Shown: piece by piece, positions 40,017-49,259 of the stretch | Position numbering within the stretch: the stretch's first letter is position 1 | Layout of the letters: each line of letters starts with the position of its first letter | Assembly (NCBI GenBank): GCA_027459745.1 | Contig: DAIDHL010000001.1 | Location: 168,290 to 232,289, forward strand | DNA: 64,000 nucleotides | Direction of reading: 5' to 3' | DNA from: Candidatus Levyibacteriota bacterium | Lineage (GTDB): Bacteria; Patescibacteriota; Microgenomatia; Levybacterales; UBA12049 | Notes under the pieces: generated by a model | Databases searched by the model: none | Seen by the model: the letters and a program-made list of their open reading frames with translations, nothing else | What the model was told of the DNA's origin: nothing | Made by a program: the position numbers and the translations under genes

Positions 40017-40086
40017 CTTCACTTGATAAAAAAGAAAAAGAAGTCCTTAAATTGATGTTTTCCTCAAAAAGTAAGGAGGAAACACA

Positions 40087-40578
40087 ATGTTAGATTTCTG
40101 GAAACGAAAACAAACAAAGGTTGTTTCAGTTTTGCTTACCTCAATTCTACATGATGAAACAACATTTTATCAAGCATTCTTAAAAGATTTACAAGCTGCA
40201 AAAAGAGAGGTCATCATTGAGAGTCCGTATATTACGAGTTATCGAATGCGGATGCTTTACCCAATCTTTGCAAAATTACTTCATCGAGGGATAAAAGTAT
40301 TTATCATAACTCGTCCTCCACAAGAGCATGACAGCGAAAAGATGCGTGCACAAGCAGAGATAGAAATTCGTCGCTTTGAACAAATTGGCATTCAAGCACT
40401 CCTTTGTGTTGGTAGTCATCATAGAAAGCTTGCAATGATTGATCGGAATATTTTATGGGAAGGTAGCTTAAATATTCTCTCTCAGTCATACAGTCGGGAA
40501 TATATGCGAAGAATTGCCAGTCACCAAATCACACAGGATACCTTTATATTTTTAAAATTTGATAAGATTATTTATTGA
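40087..40578 (+). CDS. PLD-family (single HKD) nuclease, Nuc-like
   Basis: GSHHRKLAMIDRNILWEGSLN contains HxKx4D; 163 aa as in plasmid Nuc endonucleases; strong RBS AAGGAGG. Confidence 0.7.
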   Translation: MLDFWKRKQTKVVSVLLTSILHDETTFYQAFLKDLQAAKREVIIESPYITSYRMRMLYPIFAKLLHRGIKVFIITRPPQEHDSEKMRAQAEIEIRRFEQIGIQALLCVGSHHRKLAMIDRNILWEGSLNILSQSYSREYMRRIASHQITQDTFIFLKFDKIIY

Positions 40579-40640
40579 GAGTATAAAAATTGTAGTTTAT
40601 GTTTGCGAAAACAGAAAATATGTGGTAGAAAGGAGGTACT

Positions 40641-40877
40641 ATGGACGATAAAAATGTTGCTATTGAAAAATTTGGACTGGTTATTGATGCATTAACGTAT
40701 GCACATGAGAATAATCTGGATATTAACAGCAAGGAAGATGTTAAAAAAATATTACTTGCACTTGAGCATGATCAGGTAAATGATGAGGAAGTTGACGAGT
40801 TTATGCTTTTGCTTCAAGCAGGGAATATGTTTATAGAAAAAGATGCCCAAAAGCGAAAAACATCAATGCTTAATTGA
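40641..40877 (+). CDS. small acidic hypothetical protein
   Basis: 78-aa D/E-rich ORF with RBS GGAGG. Confidence 0.4.
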   Translation: MDDKNVAIEKFGLVIDALTYAHENNLDINSKEDVKKILLALEHDQVNDEEVDEFMLLLQAGNMFIEKDAQKRKTSMLN

Positions 40878-40889
40878 CATAAACGTGCC

Positions 40890-41201
40890 CTACGAGTACT
40901 TCATCCCAAAAGAAGCATCCGACATGAGAAGGTAAATAATCCCTTCGAAAAAACCAATGATGCCTGGAATACCTGTCCAGCAGAAAAACAGATAAATAAC
41001 TCCTTGAATTGGTCTGCCTAAATAGAATTTATGGATACCAATGTCACCTAGAAATATAGCAAGCAAAGCAGCAGTAATTCTGCTTTTCGTTGTTCTCATT
41101 TCCATTTGCGAAGTGAGATTAGTACGCACTTGTCGTCTGTATGCTTCTTCCTCTTCAATTTTCTTTTTTTCTGCTTCAGTGAGTGCCATAAGTGGCAACA
41201 C
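40890..41201 (-). CDS. TM2 domain protein
   Basis: LAIFLGDIGIHKFYLGRPIQGVIYLFFCWTGIPGIIGFFEGIIYL is the TM2 two-helix signature. Confidence 0.65.
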   Translation of the reverse strand: MLPLMALTEAEKKKIEEEEAYRRQVRTNLTSQMEMRTTKSRITAALLAIFLGDIGIHKFYLGRPIQGVIYLFFCWTGIPGIIGFFEGIIYLLMSDASFGMKYS

Positions 41202-41297
41202 TATATCAAATTGTTGAGCTTATTGCTAGATGCTAGAGATACTGGGAGTTAGCAACTTCCGCTTTGGTGGCACGAGCTCTTCTGCTATAATTCAGCC

Positions 41298-42305
41298 ATG
41301 GCAGATAGTATTCCAGTCAACAAATATATAGGGTATTTACGCTATACAGGAGATTTAGTATCGGATGGCATACTCGATGCAAAACAAGCATCAGATGCAC
41401 TTCGTGGTTTTGACGAGATTTTAAGATTTTTTATAACTCGAGAAAATTCTCAGTTACAAACAGTACCTTTTGAGATTCCTGTATTAATACAAAAAGGTAG
41501 TTGGGAAGCTGTCATTCCGGAGATAGTTAGTAAGATATTGAGTCCAACAGGTATCGCTGAAGCAACTAGTGCAACATATTTAACTGTTAGCGCTAAAAAA
41601 GCTGCAACCGATGGTTTTCTTGAGACAGGAGCTGCGAAAGATATAGCAAAAACATTTAAAGCGGGAATAAGGAGTGCTCAGTGGGTTATTAAAATTGCCA
41701 CGCATCTAAAATCGATTTCACGTAAGGATTTGAATCCGAAAATCATTCGGGACGGAAAGGAAATATTTATCGAAATACCAAATGAAGATGGCAAAACGTT
41801 CATTGTGCCTAAAAAATATTATGATCTCTTTATGATATCGCCGGTAAAATTATTTTCTAATCCAGTTCGTCTTGTTGAAAAAGGTAGAATATTCGAATTA
41901 GGAGTATACGACAACGGAAAGGAAGAAAAAGTAACTATATCCGAAGATGAAAAAGGAATATTTTATTCTGGAGAGGAAGAAGAAGTCCTATTTCCTGAAT
42001 TAAAACACGGCCAATCAGTTGAACTTGAAGGTACTATAACAAAAGGCAATGAAAAATCCAATACGATAGGATTCGAATATTTAGGTCATATATTAACTGC
42101 AAAGCCAGCAGAAGGTAGTATTGTTAACTATAAAAATAGAATAGTTTCCTCTAGTGAAGACCATATTTTCCCACGAGTCAAAATTTCAGGCGTTATCGAT
42201 AGAGCTTATGATTTAAAAGAAGGTGAATTACAAAAAAAACGTCCAATGATAGTTTTTATAAAAATAACTCCGATAGATATCCAAAACGAACAACAGCATA
42301 TTTAA
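41298..42305 (+). CDS. hypothetical protein (335 aa, soluble, no recognised domain)
   Basis: ORF with TTGGTG-16-TATAAT promoter-like upstream; no motif recognised. Confidence 0.45.
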   Translation: MADSIPVNKYIGYLRYTGDLVSDGILDAKQASDALRGFDEILRFFITRENSQLQTVPFEIPVLIQKGSWEAVIPEIVSKILSPTGIAEATSATYLTVSAKKAATDGFLETGAAKDIAKTFKAGIRSAQWVIKIATHLKSISRKDLNPKIIRDGKEIFIEIPNEDGKTFIVPKKYYDLFMISPVKLFSNPVRLVEKGRIFELGVYDNGKEEKVTISEDEKGIFYSGEEEEVLFPELKHGQSVELEGTITKGNEKSNTIGFEYLGHILTAKPAEGSIVNYKNRIVSSSEDHIFPRVKISGVIDRAYDLKEGELQKKRPMIVFIKITPIDIQNEQQHI

Positions 42306-42314
42306 CCTGTTCGT

Positions 42315-42926
42315 TTAAGGATCACCTTGTAAAAACGTCCTCGGATTCACAGGAATCCCATACACATTTATTTGGAAATGGACATGCGGCCCCGTTGCAT
42401 TCCCCGTTTCTCCTTCATACCCAATAACATCACCTGTATCAACAGTTGCTCCCACTTTCGTATTCAGTGCTTCCATGTGTCCATAAAGACTCGTGACATG
42501 ATCACCGTTGTCTATAATCACATGTATACCATACCCCGAGTTATCCTCTCCTGCATAAATCACCGTGCCTTTCGCGAATGGATGAATCGGGTCACCTTGT
42601 TCTCCGTTTGGGTCTGCAATATCAATGCCCGTATGCAGAATTTGGTACGGCGGATCCGGTTGTCCAAACTCCAATGTTACGACTCCCTGCATCGGCCACG
42701 CCATTGCAGCAGTGAAATCTGTAATAGTTCCATCAAGATTATGAATCTCAACCGTATTTGTCTTTGTATCAAGAGTAACGAGTTTATCCGATACAGATTG
42801 AAAACCGAAGCTGGTTATTACGATGATGCCAATAAGCGGAAGCAGGAGAATAAAGAGGAACATACCGGCAACAATTTTTAATTCATTGCGAAAGGAGAAA
42901 AGGGTAAAAGCAGCAAAAGGTAGCAT
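42315..42926 (-). CDS. M23 family (LytM) peptidase with N-terminal TM, likely T4SS-associated cell-wall hydrolase
   Basis: HTGIDIA...GTVIYAG...GYGIHVIIDNGDHVTSLYGHM...GETGNATGPHVHFQI. Confidence 0.8.
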   Translation of the reverse strand: MLPFAAFTLFSFRNELKIVAGMFLFILLLPLIGIIVITSFGFQSVSDKLVTLDTKTNTVEIHNLDGTITDFTAAMAWPMQGVVTLEFGQPDPPYQILHTGIDIADPNGEQGDPIHPFAKGTVIYAGEDNSGYGIHVIIDNGDHVTSLYGHMEALNTKVGATVDTGDVIGYEGETGNATGPHVHFQINVYGIPVNPRTFLQGDP

Positions 42927-42929
42927 TGG

Positions 42930-44762
42930 TTAGAGATATATCTCCTTTGGATCTGTTGTCAGCAACGGATGTTCTTTTTCGCTTGCGACTACTTTGACAG
43001 CCACATGATTTTGGTCGGCAATAATCAGTGCCTCGCCTCTATCGCAGGTAAGGAGGAATTGTTGTTCATATTCACTTAAATGAAATTCTTCAGTCACTTT
43101 TTTTATTGTGGTTGTGTCCTGACGCATCAGAATGCGCAAAGAGGACTGTGACGCAATCGCTCGTCCATAATCTTGTCTGAGAAAATCTTGGGCTTGCTGG
43201 GAGATAATTGTAACACCAAGATAATATTTTCTGGCGCGCCGAACCAATCCAGCGATAAATCGTGCACTTTCTTCATGTTCAAGTAACATCCATCCTTCAT
43301 CAATGACGAGAAGGCGTTTCTGCGGATGAGACTTCACTTGAGCATCAACAAAGTTTGCAATCACCACCATCATAATTTGCCGTATGGATTCATGCAGGTC
43401 TTTAATATCAAAAATAACCAATCGGTTATCAAGCTGAATATTGGTTTGTTCATTAAAAACGTTTGCGAGTGAACCTTTGACAAACCGCTCGAGCCGATGA
43501 CAAATATCTTTTTGTTTCATAACTCGAAGTGTCTGGTATAAATCCTCAATAAGTGGGAAATCTTCTTTGGCTTTTCCTTTTTTCTTCTCACTCATGGTAT
43601 ATCCAAAGTTTTTGTATGTTTGTAATATTGCCTTATCCATCACGGCTCGTTCTTCAGGTGATAAACTCCCAACCATTAACGAAATAATTTCAGTGAGATT
43701 TTGGATGTGTTCTGCCAGGGCATTGTCGCCAGTAAATGACACAGTTGAAAAATCAAACGGATTTATCTTTTCTTTACTGGAACTGGATAATTTGATGAAT
43801 GTTCCTTTCACAGATTTTGCCAGTTGTTTATATTCTCCCTCGGGGTCAATGACAATCACTTTCGTCCCCTGCATGAGATGACGAAGGATTTCTACTTTTG
43901 TGGTATAACTTTTCCCACTGCCAGATTGAGCAAAGATTATAGAGTTTGCGTTATTAAGAGAGAAACGATCAACAATAACGAGTGAGTTATTTGATTTATT
44001 TATCCCATACAAAATACCTGACTCTTGAACGAGTTCTGAAGAAACAAACGGAAACGTAAGTGCTGCACTGGAACTATCTAGGTTTCGTCTCTGCATCAAT
44101 ATATTTTCCCCTCGCGGCAAAATAGATTGAATTCCTTCAAGCTGTTGAAACGTTGCAGTTTTGATGTAGAACAAACGACTGGACATAACTGTTTCAAGAA
44201 TTTTAGTGATTTTATTCAACTCCGCTAACGAATCGGCGGTGATTGCCATGTAAATAGAAATTTGAAATAGTTTCTCTTTGCCGCGTTGAATGTTATCTTT
44301 CAACTGAATTGCAGAATCTAATGGGTCAGTGATTTCAGATCCAACAATTCTACCGTTTTTAATCATTGCCCGTTTTGTTGCTTCAAGTTCGGTGATCTTG
44401 CGGTTTAATTTTGGCAAAGCCAGTAGGGGATCAACTTGTTCAATATGGTATGAGATATCTATGTTGTAATTGAAGTTGATCAGCATGTTCAGCCAGCCAG
44501 TACCTGCAACATACGGATAGCCTGAGATAAAAAGTGTACGAATATATGTATCACCCATTTGAATGTATGATGAACTTTCTTCAAGTCCTGAGTACGACAG
44601 GAGATCAATTTGGTCTTGCTCGCCAAAATTAAATTGGAAGGACTTCTTGAGCAACTCCTTCTTCTTGTTTTTTCGTTTTAGCTTCTTACGCAATTGCTTT
44701 GCAAGTTTTTGCATATCAACTGTGGGTAATTTTTGTAATGGTAGTTGGGATAAGTTAAACAT
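42930..44762 (-). CDS. VirB4-family conjugation ATPase, C-terminal 610-aa portion
   Basis: Walker A IFAQSGSGKSYTTK, Walker B RLLVIDEGW; starts with ATG overlapping the stop of the upstream ORF by 8 nt. Confidence 0.8.
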   Translation of the reverse strand: MFNLSQLPLQKLPTVDMQKLAKQLRKKLKRKNKKKELLKKSFQFNFGEQDQIDLLSYSGLEESSSYIQMGDTYIRTLFISGYPYVAGTGWLNMLINFNYNIDISYHIEQVDPLLALPKLNRKITELEATKRAMIKNGRIVGSEITDPLDSAIQLKDNIQRGKEKLFQISIYMAITADSLAELNKITKILETVMSSRLFYIKTATFQQLEGIQSILPRGENILMQRRNLDSSSAALTFPFVSSELVQESGILYGINKSNNSLVIVDRFSLNNANSIIFAQSGSGKSYTTKVEILRHLMQGTKVIVIDPEGEYKQLAKSVKGTFIKLSSSSKEKINPFDFSTVSFTGDNALAEHIQNLTEIISLMVGSLSPEERAVMDKAILQTYKNFGYTMSEKKKGKAKEDFPLIEDLYQTLRVMKQKDICHRLERFVKGSLANVFNEQTNIQLDNRLVIFDIKDLHESIRQIMMVVIANFVDAQVKSHPQKRLLVIDEGWMLLEHEESARFIAGLVRRARKYYLGVTIISQQAQDFLRQDYGRAIASQSSLRILMRQDTTTIKKVTEEFHLSEYEQQFLLTCDRGEALIIADQNHVAVKVVASEKEHPLLTTDPKEIYL

Positions 44763-45348
44763 AGGTATTTGCTAAGAGCATATCAATTGTTTGACCTTTC
44801 AATGCCTGTGTTTTGATTTGAGATGGATTGTAAAAGGAATAAAAAAGATCGAGTAATTCAAGACTTGTTACTTGTCGTGCTTTCATCCCTAATTTTTCTA
44901 TTCCTTTACTCACAATATCTCGTTGCAAGTGAAGATGCTCTTTGACTGTTGCAAAATCGTTCTGTTTTCCGATGTGACGATAAGGAATAACGACGTAAAA
45001 TCGGCGGGAAAGAATTTTATTGCCGGACACCATTTGTTTGATAAAGGAACAATAGGTATCAATTTGCTCTTTGTACATTGTTTCTTTCTCCTGTAATTTT
45101 TTGGCTTTAATCTGTTCCACATAGGAATCAATATCAACTTCACGAACTCTGATTAGCATTTGCAAAGGACAAGGCAATGAGTTTAAAAAGTTTTGAAAGC
45201 TATCAATCAGCACATCTTGCTCTTCCTCACTTTTTAATTCAAAATTAATACTCGATGTTTCAAGCACCAAACGATATTCATTATTTGGTAATACTAAGAT
45301 ATTATCCTTTACTTCTTTAATCTGAATTTGTCGGCGGCTGCTCGCCAT
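44755..45348 (-). pseudogene. VirB4 N-terminal (CagE/TrbE/VirB-type) domain as a separate 197-216-aa ORF, so split or frameshifted virB4
   Basis: YRLVLETSSINFELKSEEEQDVLIDSFQNFLNSLP...RRFYVVIPY aligns to the first 200 aa of VirB4 proteins; combined length 826 aa equals intact VirB4. Confidence 0.5.
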
Positions 45349-45349
45349 C

Positions 45350-45865
45350 TTATTTGATTTGTTCAAGACCAACATCGAGTCCTCCTTTCTTATTTGTTTT
45401 GACAAAAAATGTAAACGCAGGATTTTGCAATACAGTTTCCAGTCGTATCATGTCTGCCCCTTCTAATACGGGAACTACCGTTTTCTCTTTGGCGGTTGAC
45501 CTCATCTTCTTAAAAATTTTGAATGGTTTCTTTTCAATTTTCGGCAGATACATCTCACGTAAGTAGGTCTCATTTTTATTCAGCACATACCATCTTGGTC
45601 GAAGATTATATCGAAGTAAAATACCTGCCCAATTCAAGACAACCTTTCCTTTTATCCGCAGCGAAAGAGTGACACAAATGATCGCAACAATAAACGCGAT
45701 AACAATTTTTATCACACTCACATGGAGTTTCGGTGGAAGAAGAATAAATTCGACTGTTGTCCAGAAGACAGGAACCATTAATAAAAGAAGTTGTGTCAGA
45801 TTTAAACTCCCTGCAATTCGGTCTTCAACTGTCGTAATTTGAGCTGGAATCACTCTTGTTCTCAT
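45350..45865 (-). CDS. small two-TM membrane protein, VirB3-like (putative)
   Basis: Position immediately upstream of virB4, hydrophobic hairpin LLLLMVPVFWTTVEFILL...VIKIVIAFIVAIICV. Confidence 0.35.
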   Translation of the reverse strand: MRTRVIPAQITTVEDRIAGSLNLTQLLLLMVPVFWTTVEFILLPPKLHVSVIKIVIAFIVAIICVTLSLRIKGKVVLNWAGILLRYNLRPRWYVLNKNETYLREMYLPKIEKKPFKIFKKMRSTAKEKTVVPVLEGADMIRLETVLQNPAFTFFVKTNKKGGLDVGLEQIK

Positions 45866-47157
45866 GCGTTGATATACCTCCGTTTTAGTTTCGCTTCAGC
45901 ATTGTCATCTTCGGTATACCCAGCGTTTGACCCCTCTTGTTTGTGTGTCGTCATCGTGTTGACCATCTGACTTCCCATATGAATAAGAGCGCTCAGTCGG
46001 GATGTATAAAACATCATTTGAAACATCCAGGTAGGAATTCGCAGAAGTGTCAAGAAAAGCCCGATTGCAATAACTATTGAAAGAAGAGAACTATCGGGAT
46101 TATCTGGCAACGCGAGGAAAGAGGACGCAAGTTGAATCACAACGACATGAACAAAGATCATGAAAACAGTGACAACGTATCCTTTGACCGCTGCTTCGGC
46201 GAAATCTGAGGTTTTCGGTATTGCCCACATCAGAAATATGAAAGGAGAAAGCACACCGGCAAGGGCAACAAGAATGAGGCGGACGATGTACATAAATAAC
46301 AATATGATGGCCACAATGAGAAAGATAACGAAAAAGATAAGCGTAATTAATTTTGTATTGCCTGTTAAGAGACTCACGGGATTAATTGCATTGACCACCC
46401 ATGCATGATCCAACCCTCCGGTTGTATTAATAACTTCCTTGACAAGAGCATTACATGTTGTGATGACGTAATCACAAAGAAACAAAGAGACATTCGCACC
46501 AAGGAAGGATAATCCAATTCTCGGCAATAAATGTTTGAGTTCTATTTCCTCAAACCCAAAGGTTGATGCAGACATGAAATGTAATCCAAGTAGTGCAACA
46601 ACGACAACAAAGAGTGAATCAACAATTCCTAGACTAATTGCCCAGAAATGAAAGACAACAGAATTTGTGAGAAGACTTGGTGTCGTGGTGAGATAGCTAA
46701 TGATTGCATTCACAATAGGTTGTGTAGCGCTTTGTACTACATCCTGCAATAAGCCAATGACGGCGTTAATAAGGACTTGCGCGACTCCATCGTTGGGTGT
46801 TTGCGTAGCAAGTGGTGAGAGCGTAAGTGCTTGCGTTGTGGTACTTGCAGTGGGGCTAAGTAATGCGCCTTGCAGAAGGGAGATAACAACATTTGCTCCA
46901 AGAACAAGAGCTAATCCGATGACGGCATTTCTGATCGTTTTCTTGGCGTTTTCTAACGCTTCCGGATGACCGGTTGAGGTCATGTAGTGATAGCCGCCTT
47001 TGATTAAAAAAAATGCCGCCGAAGCGGACGCGAGAAGAGTAATCAGTTGCAACGTATCATTCGTGTAGTTGCTCATATCCGTTCCTACTGCAAACACAGG
47101 AGGAACGACCATAAGATATGTAATAGCTCCGAAAAGAGCATAGAAAGTCTTTTTCAT
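45862..47157 (-). CDS. polytopic membrane protein: N-terminal VirB2/TrbC-like pilin domain fused to VirB6/TrbL-like domain
   Basis: Signal peptide MKKTFYALFGAITYLMVVPPVFA; GGYHYMTSTGHPEALENAKKTIRNAVIGLALVLGANVV paralogous to the adjacent pilin-like gene; more than 6 further TM segments; start moved to MKK at 47157 (RBS GGAG). Confidence 0.55.
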   Translation of the reverse strand: MKKTFYALFGAITYLMVVPPVFAVGTDMSNYTNDTLQLITLLASASAAFFLIKGGYHYMTSTGHPEALENAKKTIRNAVIGLALVLGANVVISLLQGALLSPTASTTTQALTLSPLATQTPNDGVAQVLINAVIGLLQDVVQSATQPIVNAIISYLTTTPSLLTNSVVFHFWAISLGIVDSLFVVVVALLGLHFMSASTFGFEEIELKHLLPRIGLSFLGANVSLFLCDYVITTCNALVKEVINTTGGLDHAWVVNAINPVSLLTGNTKLITLIFFVIFLIVAIILLFMYIVRLILVALAGVLSPFIFLMWAIPKTSDFAEAAVKGYVVTVFMIFVHVVVIQLASSFLALPDNPDSSLLSIVIAIGLFLTLLRIPTWMFQMMFYTSRLSALIHMGSQMVNTMTTHKQEGSNAGYTEDDNAEAKLKRRYINA

Positions 47158-47170
47158 ACTATAAATACTC

Positions 47171-47512
47171 CTACTGAGCAGCCTGTGCTGTACCAAAGGC
47201 AGTCGTTGCAAGATCTGAAACGATGTGCGAGAGTACAAATGCACCAAGCACAACAGCTAAACCAACAGCTGAGTACATAATTGTTTTTTTTGATCGATCG
47301 AGCTGTTCAGGATTTCCTGAACTTGTAATGTAGCCAATTCCTCCCATGACGAAGAACCCGACTGAGATAGCAGCTGCAAGAGAAACGAGTACTTGCACAA
47401 TACTTTGAATAAATGTCTGAATTTTTGTGACATCTGCAGAAGCTGCAAAGGCTGGAGTTACAACGATAAGAGAAGTTATTAGAACTGCTTGTAGGTAGAT
47501 AATTTTTCTCAT
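47171..47512 (-). CDS. VirB2/TrbC-like conjugative pilin
   Basis: Signal peptide, then GGIGYITSSGNPEQLDRSKKTIMYSAVGLAVVLGAFVL two-helix pilin architecture. Confidence 0.6.
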   Translation of the reverse strand: MRKIIYLQAVLITSLIVVTPAFAASADVTKIQTFIQSIVQVLVSLAAAISVGFFVMGGIGYITSSGNPEQLDRSKKTIMYSAVGLAVVLGAFVLSHIVSDLATTAFGTAQAAQ

Positions 47513-47689
47513 AGTCCTCCTTTCTGTAAAGTTTTAGACAAAAAAAGCCGCCCGTCTGAGCAGCCGTAATTTATGAAATATGTATATCAAAAATTTATAC
47601 GAATTGCAATACTCAGCAGTAAGCAAAAATGATAACAAGAACAAAATAGGATAAGAATTCCTGGCAATTATCTAAGAGTTTAGTATAGA

Positions 47690-48883
47690 ATGGTAGAAGA
47701 AATTATTATGCGGCGAAAATTTCTCATCTTTCTTGCTATTGTATTCCTTTTTGGTTTATTTGTATTACCCAAGAGGACACTCGCGCAAAACACAAACACT
47801 CTCCCAGCAGTTATTCCAGACACGTATGTGAAAGGACAAGTTGCACAAATTGTAGCATCAGGATATACAACATCATACGGAACAAAAAGTTATTATGAAA
47901 AACTACAGATTCAAATTATTGAAGGAAAAGAAAAGGGGAAAATTGTTAATATAAATTTTCAAGGCGATTCAATGTTTGGCGATATACAAAAGCTCTCTGA
48001 TGGAGAACAAGTGGTTATTGATGAAAAACCAGATCCATCCGGAAAAATAACATACAGTATTTATGAAGCATACCGTCTAGGAAATTTTTGGTGGCTACTC
48101 GCAGCATTTTGTCTTTTTATTATTTTTGTCGCTGGAAAAAAAGGTGTTGGTGCATTGATCGGACTTTCGATTAGTATTGCGGTCATTACGCTTTATATTA
48201 TTCCACAAATTGTGAAAGGGGTTGATCCGCTAAGCGTTTGTATCAATGGCGCACTTGTTATTCTATTTTTTACGACGTATATTGCACATGGTGTGTCAGT
48301 AAAGACAACCGTAGCAATTATTGGTACTGGTTTATCTCTGCTTATTGCCGTTAACTTATCAACCGCACTGATGCCATTTTTACATCTTATTGGTTTGGGT
48401 AATATGGATGTTTACGACCTCCAGCTTGGAACAGGGAGTAAAGTAAATCCGCAGAGTCTTCTCTTAGGGGGTATTCTTATTGGAACATTGGGCGCACTAA
48501 ATGATATAACCACAACACAATCACTCACGATTTTTACCTTTGTTCGAGAGAATCCAACGCAAAAATTTTATCCTTTATTTCGCAAGGGCATGGAAATTGG
48601 AAAAGAACACATTGCCTCATTAATCAATACACTTATTCTGGCCTATGTAGGCGCAACCTTTGGCGCATTTATTTATATTGCCTTAAACCCTCAGAAAACG
48701 CCATTATGGGTCATACTTAATAATGAGACAACAATTGAAGATATGTTTCGAGCACTCATCAGTAGTAGTGCACTTATTCTGGCTGTTCCCATTACCACTG
48801 CACTTGCTTGTTTTATTTCGTTACGTGGAAAACATTATTTTTCCTCTATCTACTCTTTTATTTTCGCACTTATCCGTTCATAA
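47690..48883 (+). CDS. YibE/F family membrane protein
   Basis: N-terminal signal, then multiple TM with YibE/F-like pattern (GALIGLSISIAVITLYIIPQI...). Confidence 0.55.
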   Translation: MVEEIIMRRKFLIFLAIVFLFGLFVLPKRTLAQNTNTLPAVIPDTYVKGQVAQIVASGYTTSYGTKSYYEKLQIQIIEGKEKGKIVNINFQGDSMFGDIQKLSDGEQVVIDEKPDPSGKITYSIYEAYRLGNFWWLLAAFCLFIIFVAGKKGVGALIGLSISIAVITLYIIPQIVKGVDPLSVCINGALVILFFTTYIAHGVSVKTTVAIIGTGLSLLIAVNLSTALMPFLHLIGLGNMDVYDLQLGTGSKVNPQSLLLGGILIGTLGALNDITTTQSLTIFTFVRENPTQKFYPLFRKGMEIGKEHIASLINTLILAYVGATFGAFIYIALNPQKTPLWVILNNETTIEDMFRALISSSALILAVPITTALACFISLRGKHYFSSIYSFIFALIRS

Positions 48884-48915
48884 CGATTAAGCTCTAAAAT
48901 CTTCTTCAGATCTCT

Positions 48916-48980
48916 TGACAATATGCTCATTACATCGTATTATATCCCTATAAGGGGGATATGCCCGCAAGGGGCATAAA
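48916..48980 (+). promoter_or_regulatory. promoter TTGACA-17-TATTAT with two adjacent GC-tract inverted repeats (ATATCCCtataaGGGGGATAT; TATGCCCgcaaGGGGCATA), CsoR-type operators (coordinates approximate)
   Basis: CCC-N-GGG pseudo-palindromes resembling known CsoR operators, immediately upstream of the CsoR-like gene. Confidence 0.5.
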
Positions 48981-48983
48981 TAT

Positions 48984-49259
48984 ATGGCATATCGACCAAA
49001 AGACACTGAGGAAAGAATAACTCATCGTCTCAAAATAGCTCGCGGTCATTTAGATAAAGTTATTTCCATGATGGAAAATGATACCTATTGCATTGATGTA
49101 CTTCATCAAATTCAGGCAGTTGAGGGTGGATTAAAAGAAACCGGAAACCTCGTTCTAGAAAATCATTTAAAGTCTTGTGTAGCTGATGCTATTAGTAAAG
49201 GGAAAACAGAAGAAACAATTGCAGAGGTAATGGAAGTTTTTAGGAGAAAACAATCATGA
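48984..49259 (+). CDS. CsoR/RcnR/FrmR family metal-sensing repressor
   Basis: RLKIARGHLDKVISMMEND.YCIDVLHQIQAVEGGL...HL..C with C-H-C metal ligands. Confidence 0.75.
   Translation: MAYRPKDTEERITHRLKIARGHLDKVISMMENDTYCIDVLHQIQAVEGGLKETGNLVLENHLKSCVADAISKGKTEETIAEVMEVFRRKQS

Noticed and set aside
47513-47689. GC-rich GCCGCCCGTCTGAGCAGCCG next to an A-run as a possible terminator
   Set aside because: It has no convincing stem. The T-run is on the strand where no upstream gene would be terminated.
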